A program made the position numbers and the translations under genes. A stretch of 64,000 bases of DNA from Polyangiales bacterium (GTDB taxonomy: Bacteria > Myxococcota_A > Polyangia > Polyangiales > Polyangiaceae). The notes under the pieces were generated by a model. That model did no database searches, had not been told where the DNA came from, and worked only from the letters and a program-made list of their open reading frames with translations. Location of the stretch: the NCBI GenBank assembly GCA_038231275.1, contig JBBRLQ010000004.1, positions 128,001-192,000 of the forward strand. Reading direction: 5' to 3'. Positions 16,023 to 25,109 of this stretch are shown one piece after another (position 1 is the first letter of the stretch; each line of letters starts with the position of its first letter).

Positions 16023-18110
16023 ATGGCGCGGCGCGCCTTCATGCCTACACTTCCGCCGCCACCGCCCGGGGGGCCTCCCGGCCCGCCGACCTCGGTCGCG
16101 GGCGGCTCACCCCCCTCGGTTCCGCGCGGTCCGAGCGGGTTTCCTCCGTCCGCCGGCGGTCCGCCGCCCTCGCAACGGGCGCCGTCGTCCGTGCGCAGCC
16201 CGCCGTCGGGGGGCAGCTTGGACTCGGGGCGCATCTCGTCGCCGCCGGGTCCGGTCGACGGGATCTCGGTCGCGGCCGTGTCGCAGCTGCTCGATCGCCT
16301 GGCGGCGGCCGACGAGGCGCCGTTCATCGTGCAGTGGCTCGAGTCGGCGCTCACGGGTCGGATGCGAATCGATCCGACGCTGGCCGTGCGCCTTCTTCGC
16401 GCGTACCGCGAGACCGGGCGCGTCGATCGCGCGCGTGAGCTGGCGGCCTCCTTGCCGAGCTCGCCGTCGTCGTGGAGCCCGCTCGACGCGGCGCGCCTGG
16501 CGATCGAGCGCGCGATCCTCGCGACGATGGACGGGCGCGGCGATCACGCCGAGAGCGAGCTTCGGTCGGCGAGCCGGCTGCTCACGACGTCGCAACGCGG
16601 CGCGGGCCTCCGCGAGCAGCTCGACATGCACCTCACCGGCGCGCAGCTCGAGCTGCGCTTGAACCGCGTCCCGCAAGCCGCCGCGTCGCTGCGCCTCGCC
16701 GAGCACGTGGCCGAGCGCCTCGAGGATGGTGCATGGCGCGTCCCGGTCGCGATGACGCTCGGTCACCTCGCGATGAGGTTGGCCGATCCGCGCATGGCGG
16801 TGAAGCACTACGGAACGTCGCTCGGCCGATCGCCCGCTCGCGGCGTCGCGGCGATGCGCGCGCACGGAAACATGGCGATCGCGCTCGGATCGATCGGCCG
16901 CTTCGACGACGCACGCGCGCACGCGCGGCAAGCGATCGGCATCGCCGGAGAGCTCGCCGCAGGGTGGCGCCACGCCGACGCGTACGACGTCCTCGCGATC
17001 GTGGAGATCGCGGCCGATCGCCCGCTCGCGGCGCTGGCGGCGATCGACGAGGCCTTCGCGGTCCTCGGCGATCTCGATCAGCCGACGCTCCGCTACCAGC
17101 TCTCCGAGCACCGCGCGTGGGCGCTGGCGATGCTGGGGCGCGCGCAGGCGGCAAAGCAGTGGCTCGCCAAGGCCGAGAAGCTCCGCGCCGAGCTCGCCGT
17201 CGTCGACGCGATCGACGAGCAAGATCTCGTGGCGACTCGTGCTCGCGCGCTCGAGGCGTGCGGCCTGCACAAAGACGCGCTCGACGCGGCGATGCCCCAC
17301 GTCACGCGCCTCGAGGAGGCGTTCGTCACGGGCAGCTTGAACCTCGTCGTCGGACGGTGCGCGCTCGCGCTCGGCGACGCGACGGCCGCGCGGCTGGCGG
17401 TCGAACGTGCTGCTCTTTCGGGGGATCGTCACGGGTGGGTCTTCCCAGATCGCTCGGCGAGCGCGCAGCTTTGGCAGGTCGCGATGAAGAGCGGCGACAG
17501 CCGCGTCGTGCGCTACGCCGAGAAGATGAGCGGCCTCGCGAACGCCGCGCCGACGTCAGGCGGCCCCGCCAGCGTACCGCCGCCGCCCAGCGTCTCTCCC
17601 CGCGTCACGTACCCCAGTATTTACCCGACCAATCCGTTCGAGGGGTCCGGCGAAGAGCTGCCCGAGCCGACCGAAGGCGAGACGCTGATCTACGTGACGA
17701 CCTCGCAGGGCGTGACCCGTGTCCGCCAGAGCGAGGTAGCCAAGCTCGTCGAGGACGCCACGCTCGTCGTCGACACCCTCGCCCACCAGCTCCGCGTCGA
17801 GAACCGCGAGATCAGCCTCGAGCGACGCCGCGCCCTCGAGCCGCTCGTGGTGCAGCTCCTCCGCCGCGCGAAGGAAGGGCTCTCCGCCGAGGAGATCCTC
17901 CGCGCCGCCGGCGGACCGGGCCCCGAGTCGGCCGACGCCGAGCATCGCGTGCGCGTCCTCATCTCGCGCGTCCGCGACTTGCTCGGCGAAGCGACCTCGA
18001 TCGAGCGCGTGCGCGATGCCGGCGAATACGGCAAGACGCGCTACCGCCTCGCGGTCAACGTGAAGTTCGCGCTCATCGAGCCGCTCTTCACGCCTGGCGC
18101 GGTAGGCTGA
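16023..18110 (+). CDS. Pro/Ser-rich, TPR-like helical protein with putative C-terminal winged-helix DNA-binding domain
   Basis: Pro/Ser-rich N-terminus; TPR-like AHGNMAIALGSIGRFDDARAH; C-terminal GLSAEEIL...HRVRVLISRVRDLLG...IERV...RYRL resembles the OmpR/PhoB-type wHTH. Confidence 0.65.
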   Translation: MARRAFMPTLPPPPPGGPPGPPTSVAGGSPPSVPRGPSGFPPSAGGPPPSQRAPSSVRSPPSGGSLDSGRISSPPGPVDGISVAAVSQLLDRLAAADEAPFIVQWLESALTGRMRIDPTLAVRLLRAYRETGRVDRARELAASLPSSPSSWSPLDAARLAIERAILATMDGRGDHAESELRSASRLLTTSQRGAGLREQLDMHLTGAQLELRLNRVPQAAASLRLAEHVAERLEDGAWRVPVAMTLGHLAMRLADPRMAVKHYGTSLGRSPARGVAAMRAHGNMAIALGSIGRFDDARAHARQAIGIAGELAAGWRHADAYDVLAIVEIAADRPLAALAAIDEAFAVLGDLDQPTLRYQLSEHRAWALAMLGRAQAAKQWLAKAEKLRAELAVVDAIDEQDLVATRARALEACGLHKDALDAAMPHVTRLEEAFVTGSLNLVVGRCALALGDATAARLAVERAALSGDRHGWVFPDRSASAQLWQVAMKSGDSRVVRYAEKMSGLANAAPTSGGPASVPPPPSVSPRVTYPSIYPTNPFEGSGEELPEPTEGETLIYVTTSQGVTRVRQSEVAKLVEDATLVVDTLAHQLRVENREISLERRRALEPLVVQLLRRAKEGLSAEEILRAAGGPGPESADAEHRVRVLISRVRDLLGEATSIERVRDAGEYGKTRYRLAVNVKFALIEPLFTPGAVG

Positions 18111-18128
18111 GCGCTTCGGGCTCGACGC

Positions 18129-19241
18129 TCATGCGTCCGACGGCGGGCTCGCGTCGGGGGGCGTGAGTCCCCTGCCCTTCCGCCGCGCGCGCTTCTTGTT
18201 GCGGCGCGCGCGAACGACGAGCACCGCGACGGTGCCGACGAAGACGACGACCTCGAGCGGGATGAAGACGTGACGCGTGGTCACGCGCGGAGGGGGCTTC
18301 ACCGGCGCGGCGTCGGCGGAGGGCGCGAACACCACGTCGAGGCCACCTTCGCGCTTGGTCGCGTGATCGTTCATCACCGTGAGCCACGCGCCGGGCGGGA
18401 GGAGACGCGCGGGCAAGTCCCCCGTCAGCTTTCCGTCGTGCCCGGCGAGGGGCATCGCGAAGATGCGATCGACGCTCCACGCGGCGTCTCCGAGCCGACC
18501 ATCCATGCGCCCCGGCGCGAGCACGAAGACGCGCAGGAGGCGCCCCCATCGCGGCTCGGTGTCGACCGGCTCGCGGTACGGATAAAAGGGGCGATCCGTG
18601 TCGAACGTGAGCATCACGGACTTGGAGAGGATCTCGCCGATCGGCCGGTCCTCGCCGCTCGCGTACTTGAACGCGGTGATCTTGTAGTGGGCGGCGACGT
18701 AGGGCTCGAGCCACGCCGTGATCTGCGGACGCTGGACGTAGCCATGCGCCGACAGCCACGTGGACAGCGCGGCGGCGCTCGATGCTTCGAGGATGGTCGC
18801 GTCGAGGCCGGCGACAGTCTGCGTGCCGAGCACCGTCACCTCGGCACCCGCGACCGCCGAGGCCGGCATCGCCATCCCTTTGCTCCGCGCGAAGATCATC
18901 AGCGTGGCGCAGCCCGCGGACCACTCTGTCTCAATCACTTGCTCGCGCGCGTCCTCGATCACCTGATCGAGCGCGGCGAACGCGCCGTCGCTTGCCTCCT
19001 CGAGCTCTGGCTTGCTCGGCGTAGGGACGAGGAAGCCGAAGTCCTTCGCGCGCGTCTCGAACTGCGCGCGCCGAATGAATCGCTCCTTCTTCGTCGCCGG
19101 ATCCCACACCACGATGGCCTGCTCGCGCGTGATGCCCACCGCGTCGGCGGCGGAGACCACCGCGCACGCGCGTGACGGACGCGGCGCCAGCGCCACGAGC
19201 GCCGCGAGCCCCACGACGCTCCCCAACCCCCGTCGTCCCAT
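18129..19241 (-). CDS. DUF2330-like exported protein with C-terminal membrane anchor
   Basis: Signal ending SRAC; EQAIVVWD, DFGFLVPTPSKP, LSTWLSAHGY; C-terminal TM plus basic tail. Start is 19241 or GTG 19247. Confidence 0.7.
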   Translation of the reverse strand: MGRRGLGSVVGLAALVALAPRPSRACAVVSAADAVGITREQAIVVWDPATKKERFIRRAQFETRAKDFGFLVPTPSKPELEEASDGAFAALDQVIEDAREQVIETEWSAGCATLMIFARSKGMAMPASAVAGAEVTVLGTQTVAGLDATILEASSAAALSTWLSAHGYVQRPQITAWLEPYVAAHYKITAFKYASGEDRPIGEILSKSVMLTFDTDRPFYPYREPVDTEPRWGRLLRVFVLAPGRMDGRLGDAAWSVDRIFAMPLAGHDGKLTGDLPARLLPPGAWLTVMNDHATKREGGLDVVFAPSADAAPVKPPPRVTTRHVFIPLEVVVFVGTVAVLVVRARRNKKRARRKGRGLTPPDASPPSDA

Positions 19242-19243
19242 GC

Positions 19244-20062
19244 TCACCCCTCCTCTTCCTCGTCGCCGGCTTGCGCGGCCCACGCGCGGCTCATCGCCTC
19301 GATCCCCGCGGCCGCCAGCGCCGCCGCCGCGAGCCCACCGAGGATCCACGAGCGCGTGAAGACCTCGTCGGCCATCGGATCGCCGCCGCGCAAAATCGGC
19401 AAGACCGGCACAGCGAAGAACGCGGCCTGCGCGAGGATCGTCGGCACGATGCTGCGCGTCCGATCGCGCATCCACCCGAGCATCGCGCCCAGCATCATCA
19501 CCGACGCGAACGTCCGCGGATCGGGGTGCGCCATCGCGAAGAAGATCGACGTCCCGAGGATCACCATGCCCGGCGTTCTGCCGGGGCGGAGGCCGCCGAA
19601 GAGGATCCCACGGAAATAGATCTCCTCGGCGACCGGCATGATGACGACGAAAGCGGCGGCCATGAAGACGCGGCGCCCGGTCGTGGAGGCGGTCATCAGG
19701 CGGCCTAGGGCCTCGGCGTCCTCGGGCCTCGTCGGAAACCGCTTGGCGACGACCGCGTCGAGCCAGCTCGCTGCCGGGTAGAGGCACGCGCCGATCGCGA
19801 CGGCGAGCAGGAGCACGAGGATCGGCACGCTACGGAAGGCGATGACCCGGCGCACCGGCGTGTCCGGCGCGTAGACGCGGAGCATCGCGAAGATGGCGAG
19901 CGAGTACGACAGGACGTGACAGAACGTGACGCTGACGAGATCGAACGCGGCGCCAGGTCGAGACAGCTCGGTGAGGCTCCCGACCACCGCGACGAGCAGG
20001 GACATCCCGACGGTCCACGCCGCGGCGGTCACGAACGACAGCGTGCGGCGCTCGTCGGGCAC
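19244..20062 (-). CDS. CPBP (Abi/CAAX) intramembrane glutamic endopeptidase
   Basis: PVAEEIYFRG and FFAMAHP motifs; multi-TM. The last motif reads ILAQAAF instead of the usual H-x-x-x-N. Confidence 0.8.
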   Translation of the reverse strand: MPDERRTLSFVTAAAWTVGMSLLVAVVGSLTELSRPGAAFDLVSVTFCHVLSYSLAIFAMLRVYAPDTPVRRVIAFRSVPILVLLLAVAIGACLYPAASWLDAVVAKRFPTRPEDAEALGRLMTASTTGRRVFMAAAFVVIMPVAEEIYFRGILFGGLRPGRTPGMVILGTSIFFAMAHPDPRTFASVMMLGAMLGWMRDRTRSIVPTILAQAAFFAVPVLPILRGGDPMADEVFTRSWILGGLAAAALAAAGIEAMSRAWAAQAGDEEEEG

Positions 20063-20067
20063 GCGCG

Positions 20068-21693
20068 TTACCGCCCCAGCAAGTGCGCGGGGACGCCGCG
20101 CTTCACGACCATGTCGCGCGCCGCCTTGGGGTCGAGCTCCGGAAAATCGATTGTATAGTGCAACCCTCGGCTCTCGCGCCGCGCCGACGCGCACTCGACG
20201 ATCAGCTGCGCCACGGTCGCGATGTTGCGGAGCTCGAGGAGATCGCGCGTGATGAAGTAGCTCCAGTAGTACTCCTGGATCTCTTCCTGAAGGAGCGCGA
20301 TTCGCCGCGCCGCGCGACGGAGGCGCGTGTTGGATCGAACGATGCCGACGTAGTTCCACATCAGGCGCCGCAGCTCGTCCCAGTTGTGGGTGATGACGAC
20401 GGCCTCGTCGCTCGTGGCGGCCTGGCCTACGTCCCAGTCGGGCACGTCGGGCCAGGGCTTCGTGCGATCGACGTCCTTGATGGCCACCGCGGCGCGGCGC
20501 GCGAAGACCATCCCCTCGAGGAGCGAGTTCGAGGCGAGGCGGTTCGCGCCGTGGAGGCCCGTATGCGCGCACTCGCCGATCGCCCAGAGGCCGGGGATCG
20601 TCGTGCGCCCTTCGAGATCCGTCGAGACGCCGCCGCACTGGTAGTGGGCCGCCGGCACGACCGGGATCGGCTGCGCCGTGATGTCGACGCCCCAGCGCAG
20701 GCACTCGGCGTAGATGCCGGGGAAGCGCTCCTTCACGAACGCCGGCTTCTTGTCGGTGATGTCGAGCCACACGTGCTCGGCGCCGGTGCGCTTCATCTCG
20801 TGATCGATCGCGCGCGCCACGATGTCGCGGGGCGCGAGATCGGCGCGCGGATCGTAGTTCTTCATGAACGCCGTGCCGTCGATCCTCCTCAGGATCGCCC
20901 CCTCGCCGCGCAGCGCCTCGGTGATGAGGAAATTCTTGGCCTGCGGGTGGAAGAGGCAGGTCGGATGGAACTGGTAAAATTCCATGTTCGCGATCTCGGC
21001 GCCTGCGCGGTACGAGATCGCGACGCCGTCGCCGGTCGCGACGTCGGGGTTGGTCGTGTAGAGGTAGACCTTGCCGGCGCCGCCCGTGGCCACGACCGTC
21101 GCGCGCGCGAGGATCGTGTGGACCTTGCCGGCCGCGACGTCGAGAACGTACGCGCCCGCGCAGATCTCGGGCCCGCCGTACTTGGCGAGCGTGATGAGAT
21201 CGACGGCCATGTGCTCCTCGAGCACGCGCACGCGAGGCCGCGCGGCGACCGCCTCGAGCAGCGTCCGCTCGACCTCGCGCCCGGTCATGTCGCCGACGTG
21301 GACGACGCGGCGCGCGCTGTGACCGCCTTCGAGGTGGAGATCGAGATCGGCGTCGTGCTCGTTCTTGGCGCCACTCTGCTTCTCGGCGAGATCGAAGCGG
21401 GCGCCGTGGTCGCGGAGCATTTGGATGCACGCGGGGGCATCCTTCACCGTGAGCTCGGCGACGCGCTCGTGGCTGAGCCCCGCGCCGGCGATCAGCGTGT
21501 CCTTAACGTGCGCCTCGAAGCTGTCGGTCTCGGCCTGCACCGCGGCGATGCCGCCTTGCGCGTACTTCGTGTTCGACTCGTCGCGCGCGCGCTTCGTCAC
21601 GACGATGACGTCCGCGTACTCGCTGGCGTCGAGGGCGAACGAGAGCCCGGCGATGCCGCTGCCGATGACCAGAACGTCGCAGGTGAGCGCCAT
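20068..21693 (-). CDS. nadB: L-aspartate oxidase
   Basis: GSGIAGL, SNTKYAQGGIAAV, EGGHSARRVVH, EFYQFHPT, LITEALRGEG, GLHGANRLASNSLLE. Confidence 0.95.
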   Translation of the reverse strand: MALTCDVLVIGSGIAGLSFALDASEYADVIVVTKRARDESNTKYAQGGIAAVQAETDSFEAHVKDTLIAGAGLSHERVAELTVKDAPACIQMLRDHGARFDLAEKQSGAKNEHDADLDLHLEGGHSARRVVHVGDMTGREVERTLLEAVAARPRVRVLEEHMAVDLITLAKYGGPEICAGAYVLDVAAGKVHTILARATVVATGGAGKVYLYTTNPDVATGDGVAISYRAGAEIANMEFYQFHPTCLFHPQAKNFLITEALRGEGAILRRIDGTAFMKNYDPRADLAPRDIVARAIDHEMKRTGAEHVWLDITDKKPAFVKERFPGIYAECLRWGVDITAQPIPVVPAAHYQCGGVSTDLEGRTTIPGLWAIGECAHTGLHGANRLASNSLLEGMVFARRAAVAIKDVDRTKPWPDVPDWDVGQAATSDEAVVITHNWDELRRLMWNYVGIVRSNTRLRRAARRIALLQEEIQEYYWSYFITRDLLELRNIATVAQLIVECASARRESRGLHYTIDFPELDPKAARDMVVKRGVPAHLLGR

Positions 21694-21833
21694 GACTTAC
21701 GGGTAGGGTGCAGGTTAGGCCAAGACCACCGCAAAACGTGAACGAAAGCGTGTCCCAAGGTCGGGCTTGTCGGGACGGGTCGGCTGCGCTACTGAATGCC
21801 CATTCACTCCCGCAACGCACCAAGGAGACTGCC

Positions 21834-22658
21834 TTGAAGATCCTCGTTCCGCTCAAGCGCGTCAGCGATCCCGACAACGCGAACAAGATCAAGGTGGGGC
21901 CGGGCAAGGTCGAGACGACCGGCCTCGAGTGGAAGCCGAACCCGTTCGACGAGTACGCGGTCGAGACGGCGCTGCGCCTCACCGAGAACGGCACCAACAC
22001 CAAGGCCCGCCTCGGCGAGGTCACGGTGGTGACGTTCGGCCCGAAGGAGACGGAGACGACGCTGCGCGCCGCGCTCGCGACCGGCGCCGACAAGGCCATT
22101 CGCGTCGACGCGACCGACGACACGCTCGACGGCGATCTCGTCGCGCGGGCGCTCAAGGCGCTCGTCGAGCGCGAGAAGCCGGATCTGGTGCTCCTCGGCA
22201 AGCAGCAGGTCGACGGCGATGCGAACCAGACGGCTCAGCTCCTCGCGGAGTACCTCGGCTGGCCGCAGGCGACGTTCGCGGGACAGATCACGAGCGAGGC
22301 CGACAAGGCGCTCCTCGTTGCGCGCGAGGTCGACGGCGGTTCCATCAAGCTGCGCGTCACGCTCCCCGCGGTGGTCTCGGTCGATCTCCGCATCGTGAAC
22401 CCGATCGGCGTCACGTCGATGCACACGCCTGCGACGCACAAGTACTCGGACGGCGTTCGCTTCGCGGCGCTCATGGCCATCATGGCGGCGAAGAAGAAGC
22501 CGCTCACCGAGGTGAAGCTGGCGGATCTCGCCCCGGATACTGCGCTCAAGATCAAGTACACGCACTTCGATCTGCCCCCGGCGCGCAAGGCCGGCGTGAA
22601 GATCAAGACCGTCGCCGAGCTCGTCCAGAAGCTCAAGACCGAAGCCAAGGTTCTCTGA
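21834..22658 (+). CDS. etfB: Electron transfer flavoprotein beta subunit
   Basis: TTG start after [34 protein letters not shown]. Confidence 0.93.
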   Translation: MKILVPLKRVSDPDNANKIKVGPGKVETTGLEWKPNPFDEYAVETALRLTENGTNTKARLGEVTVVTFGPKETETTLRAALATGADKAIRVDATDDTLDGDLVARALKALVEREKPDLVLLGKQQVDGDANQTAQLLAEYLGWPQATFAGQITSEADKALLVAREVDGGSIKLRVTLPAVVSVDLRIVNPIGVTSMHTPATHKYSDGVRFAALMAIMAAKKKPLTEVKLADLAPDTALKIKYTHFDLPPARKAGVKIKTVAELVQKLKTEAKVL

Positions 22659-22663
22659 GGTCC

Positions 22664-23629
22664 ATGCCCATGAACACCCTCGTCATCGCCGAGCTCTCCG
22701 AAGGCAAGCTCCGCAAGTCGACCCACAGCGCCATCACCTTCGCGCGTCAGACCGGCGCGCCGTTCTCGATCCTCGCCCTCGGACCTGGCGCCAAGGCCGC
22801 CGCCGGCGAGCTCGCCTCGTTCGGCGCCGCCAAGGTCCTCGCGGCCGACGACGCCGCCATCAAGGGGCAGGTCGCCGAGCTCCACGCGCCGACCATCGCG
22901 GCCGTCGCCAAGAGCGGCGGGTTCGACGTCCTCGTCGCGTGCGCGAGCTCGTTCGGCAAGGACGTGATGCCGCGCGTCGCCGCCAAGCTCGGCGCCGGAT
23001 ATGCGGCGGACATCAGCGGCGTCAAAGCCGAAGGTGGCAAGCTCGTCTACCGTCGCCCGGTCTACGCCGGCAACGCGTACGGCACGTGCGAGCTGCTCAC
23101 GAGCACGCAGGTCATCACCGTGCGTCAGAGCGAGTTTACCGCCGCGGAGCCGAGCGGCGGCGCGAGCCCCGTCGAGGCGGTCGCCACCGCGCCGGCCGAT
23201 CCCGCCGCCGCGCGCGTCGAGTTCGTCGGCCTCGAGGCCGCGAAGAGCGAGCGCCCCGACCTGGGCGAGGCGCGCGTCATCGTCTCCGGCGGCCGCGCGC
23301 TGAAGGAGAAGTTCGCCGAGGTCCTCGACCCGCTCGCCACGTTGCTCGGCGCCGCCGTCGGCGCGAGCCGCGCAGCGTGCGACGCCGGGTACGCTCCGCC
23401 GGAGCTCCAGGTCGGCCAGACCGGCCGCGTCGTCGCGCCGCAGCTGTACTTCGCGATCGGCATCTCGGGCGCCATCCAGCACCTCGCCGGCATGAAGGGC
23501 AGCAAGACGATCGTCGCGATCAACAAGGACGCCGACGCGCCGATCTTCCAGGTCGCCGACTACGGTCTCGTGGCCGATTTGTTCGTCGCGGTGCCCGAGC
23601 TCATCACGGAGCTAAAAAAGGCGCAGTAG
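22664..23629 (+). CDS. etfA: Electron transfer flavoprotein alpha subunit
   Basis: [45 protein letters not shown]. Confidence 0.95.
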   Translation: MPMNTLVIAELSEGKLRKSTHSAITFARQTGAPFSILALGPGAKAAAGELASFGAAKVLAADDAAIKGQVAELHAPTIAAVAKSGGFDVLVACASSFGKDVMPRVAAKLGAGYAADISGVKAEGGKLVYRRPVYAGNAYGTCELLTSTQVITVRQSEFTAAEPSGGASPVEAVATAPADPAAARVEFVGLEAAKSERPDLGEARVIVSGGRALKEKFAEVLDPLATLLGAAVGASRAACDAGYAPPELQVGQTGRVVAPQLYFAIGISGAIQHLAGMKGSKTIVAINKDADAPIFQVADYGLVADLFVAVPELITELKKAQ

Positions 23630-23652
23630 TCCTCGCGCGGCGGCTTGACGGC

Positions 23653-23783
23653 TTGACGGCCCTGCGGCTGCGCTTCATGCTCTCGCGAACTGCCGGAAGT
23701 CCCCTCGGGACAGGCCGGCGCACCGTCCGATCTCTGCCGGGTTCCAAGGCCGGCGAAACACGACCCACGAACGGAGATCGATC
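23653..23783 (+). promoter_or_regulatory. Sigma-70-type promoter and structured ~95-nt 5' leader
   Basis: TTGACG (23653-23658)-17 nt-CATGCT (23676-23681); two GCCGG..CCGGC hairpins; CGATCTCTG (23728-23736) is complementary to CGGAGATCG (23772-23780), which covers the RBS. Confidence 0.55.
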
Positions 23784-24311
23784 ATGACAAGCGACGAAGC
23801 CGGCGCCCGCGCGCCGAAGCGGCTACTCATCGTGTTCGGAGACATCACGCGTTACCAAGTGAACGCGCGGTCCACGCCGGACGACGATCTCGCAGCCTTG
23901 ATGCACGCGTACTACCTACGGGCCGGGGCGCTGATCCGAGCGTCGGGCGGGCGGATCGTGAAGTTCATGGGGGACGCGTTCCTCGCGGTGTGGGCCGAAG
24001 ACGACGCGGCCGCCGGTGTCGCCGCGTTGCCGACGCTGAAGCGCGACATCGATGCGTTCTTCGCGGAGCGAGGGTGGCAGTCTCACCTCGTCGTGAAGGC
24101 GCACGTCGGCACGGCCGTGGCAGGCCCGTACGGCGACGACGGGCGGTTCGACGTCATCGGAAACGACGTGAACATCGCCGCGACGCTGCCGGCGCGAACG
24201 ATCGCGCTCTCGCCGGACGCGTTCCGCCTCCTCCCGCCCGACGACCGCAAAGCGTGGAAGAAGCACACGCAGCAGGTCGTCTACATCCAGATGAACGACC
24301 CGCGCCCTTGA
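23784..24311 (+). CDS. Stand-alone class III nucleotide cyclase-like domain protein
   Basis: [38 protein letters not shown]; 175 aa with no sensor or TM domain. Confidence 0.8.
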   Translation: MTSDEAGARAPKRLLIVFGDITRYQVNARSTPDDDLAALMHAYYLRAGALIRASGGRIVKFMGDAFLAVWAEDDAAAGVAALPTLKRDIDAFFAERGWQSHLVVKAHVGTAVAGPYGDDGRFDVIGNDVNIAATLPARTIALSPDAFRLLPPDDRKAWKKHTQQVVYIQMNDPRP

Positions 24312-24335
24312 GGGCAACTCCCGGCCGCGTCGCCG

Positions 24336-25034
24336 TCACTTCCCCGACGGCGACGGGGACGGGGCCGGCGAAGGGGGCGTGGGCTGGTCCTGCGCGACGA
24401 AGCGCGCCTTAAGCTCCTCGAGCTCGGTGCACGCCTCCTTCTCTCCGCCGTTGCACGCGACGATGGTGCTGTTCAGGTGGCAGCTGTCGGAGTCGCCTTC
24501 GTCGCATGCATGCTGCAAGTATTCGCGCGCGCGTTTTCCCTCGCGCTCGACGCCGTAGCCGACCGCGTAGAAGCTCCCGAGGGTGCCGCACGAAAACCCG
24601 CGGTGGGCGGCGCACGCCTTCTCGTACAGCTCGCGACCCTTCGCGCGATCGGCGGCGACACCCTGGCCGTGAGTATAGGCCTCCGCGAGGTTCTCGCACC
24701 CAAGCGCGTCGCCGAAGTTGCAGCCGCGCATGTACATCTTGACCGCGGCGGCGAGATCGCGCGCGCTCCACTCGGCCGACGCGTGGAGCTTGCCGAGCTC
24801 GGTGCACGACTTCCCATCGCCGCCGTCGCAGCGAAGGAAGAGCGTCCACGCGGCGTCCTCGATCTCCTGCGGCACGGCCTTGCCGAGGATGAACGGAGGG
24901 CGCTTGGGCCCTTCGGTCTTCGCCGCCGCGTTCGCGGTGGGCGGCGGCATCGGCGGCGCCTTGTCGTAGTAGTCGGCGCACCCTGTGAGGGCGAACGACG
25001 ACACCGTGAGGACGAGGAGAGGACGCGAAATCAC
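24336..25034 (-). CDS. Sel1-repeat, Cys-rich lipoprotein
   Basis: Lipobox LTGC; repeats CDGGDGKSCTELG, CNFGDALGCENLAEAY..GQGV, CAAHRGFSCGTLG..YAVGYGV. This is the 3' part of track ORF 24336..27404. Confidence 0.8.
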   Translation of the reverse strand: MISRPLLVLTVSSFALTGCADYYDKAPPMPPPTANAAAKTEGPKRPPFILGKAVPQEIEDAAWTLFLRCDGGDGKSCTELGKLHASAEWSARDLAAAVKMYMRGCNFGDALGCENLAEAYTHGQGVAADRAKGRELYEKACAAHRGFSCGTLGSFYAVGYGVEREGKRAREYLQHACDEGDSDSCHLNSTIVACNGGEKEACTELEELKARFVAQDQPTPPSPAPSPSPSGK

Positions 25035-25109
25035 GTCACCATCGTACCCCGAGAACGGGGCCGGCGACCCTAGCGTTCGGGCGCCGCCCATACTAACGAT
25101 CGAGAGCAC

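Noticed and set aside
23690..23780. SRP RNA (ffs), which often lies near dnaX
   Set aside because: It lacks the SRP domain IV pattern (CAGG...GGAA...AGCAG); kept only as a candidate leader RNA.
23784..24311. Pycsar/CBASS-type anti-phage system
   Set aside because: No adjacent TIR or TM cyclic-nucleotide effector and no defence-island context; the neighbours are etfA and a convergent Sel1 lipoprotein.
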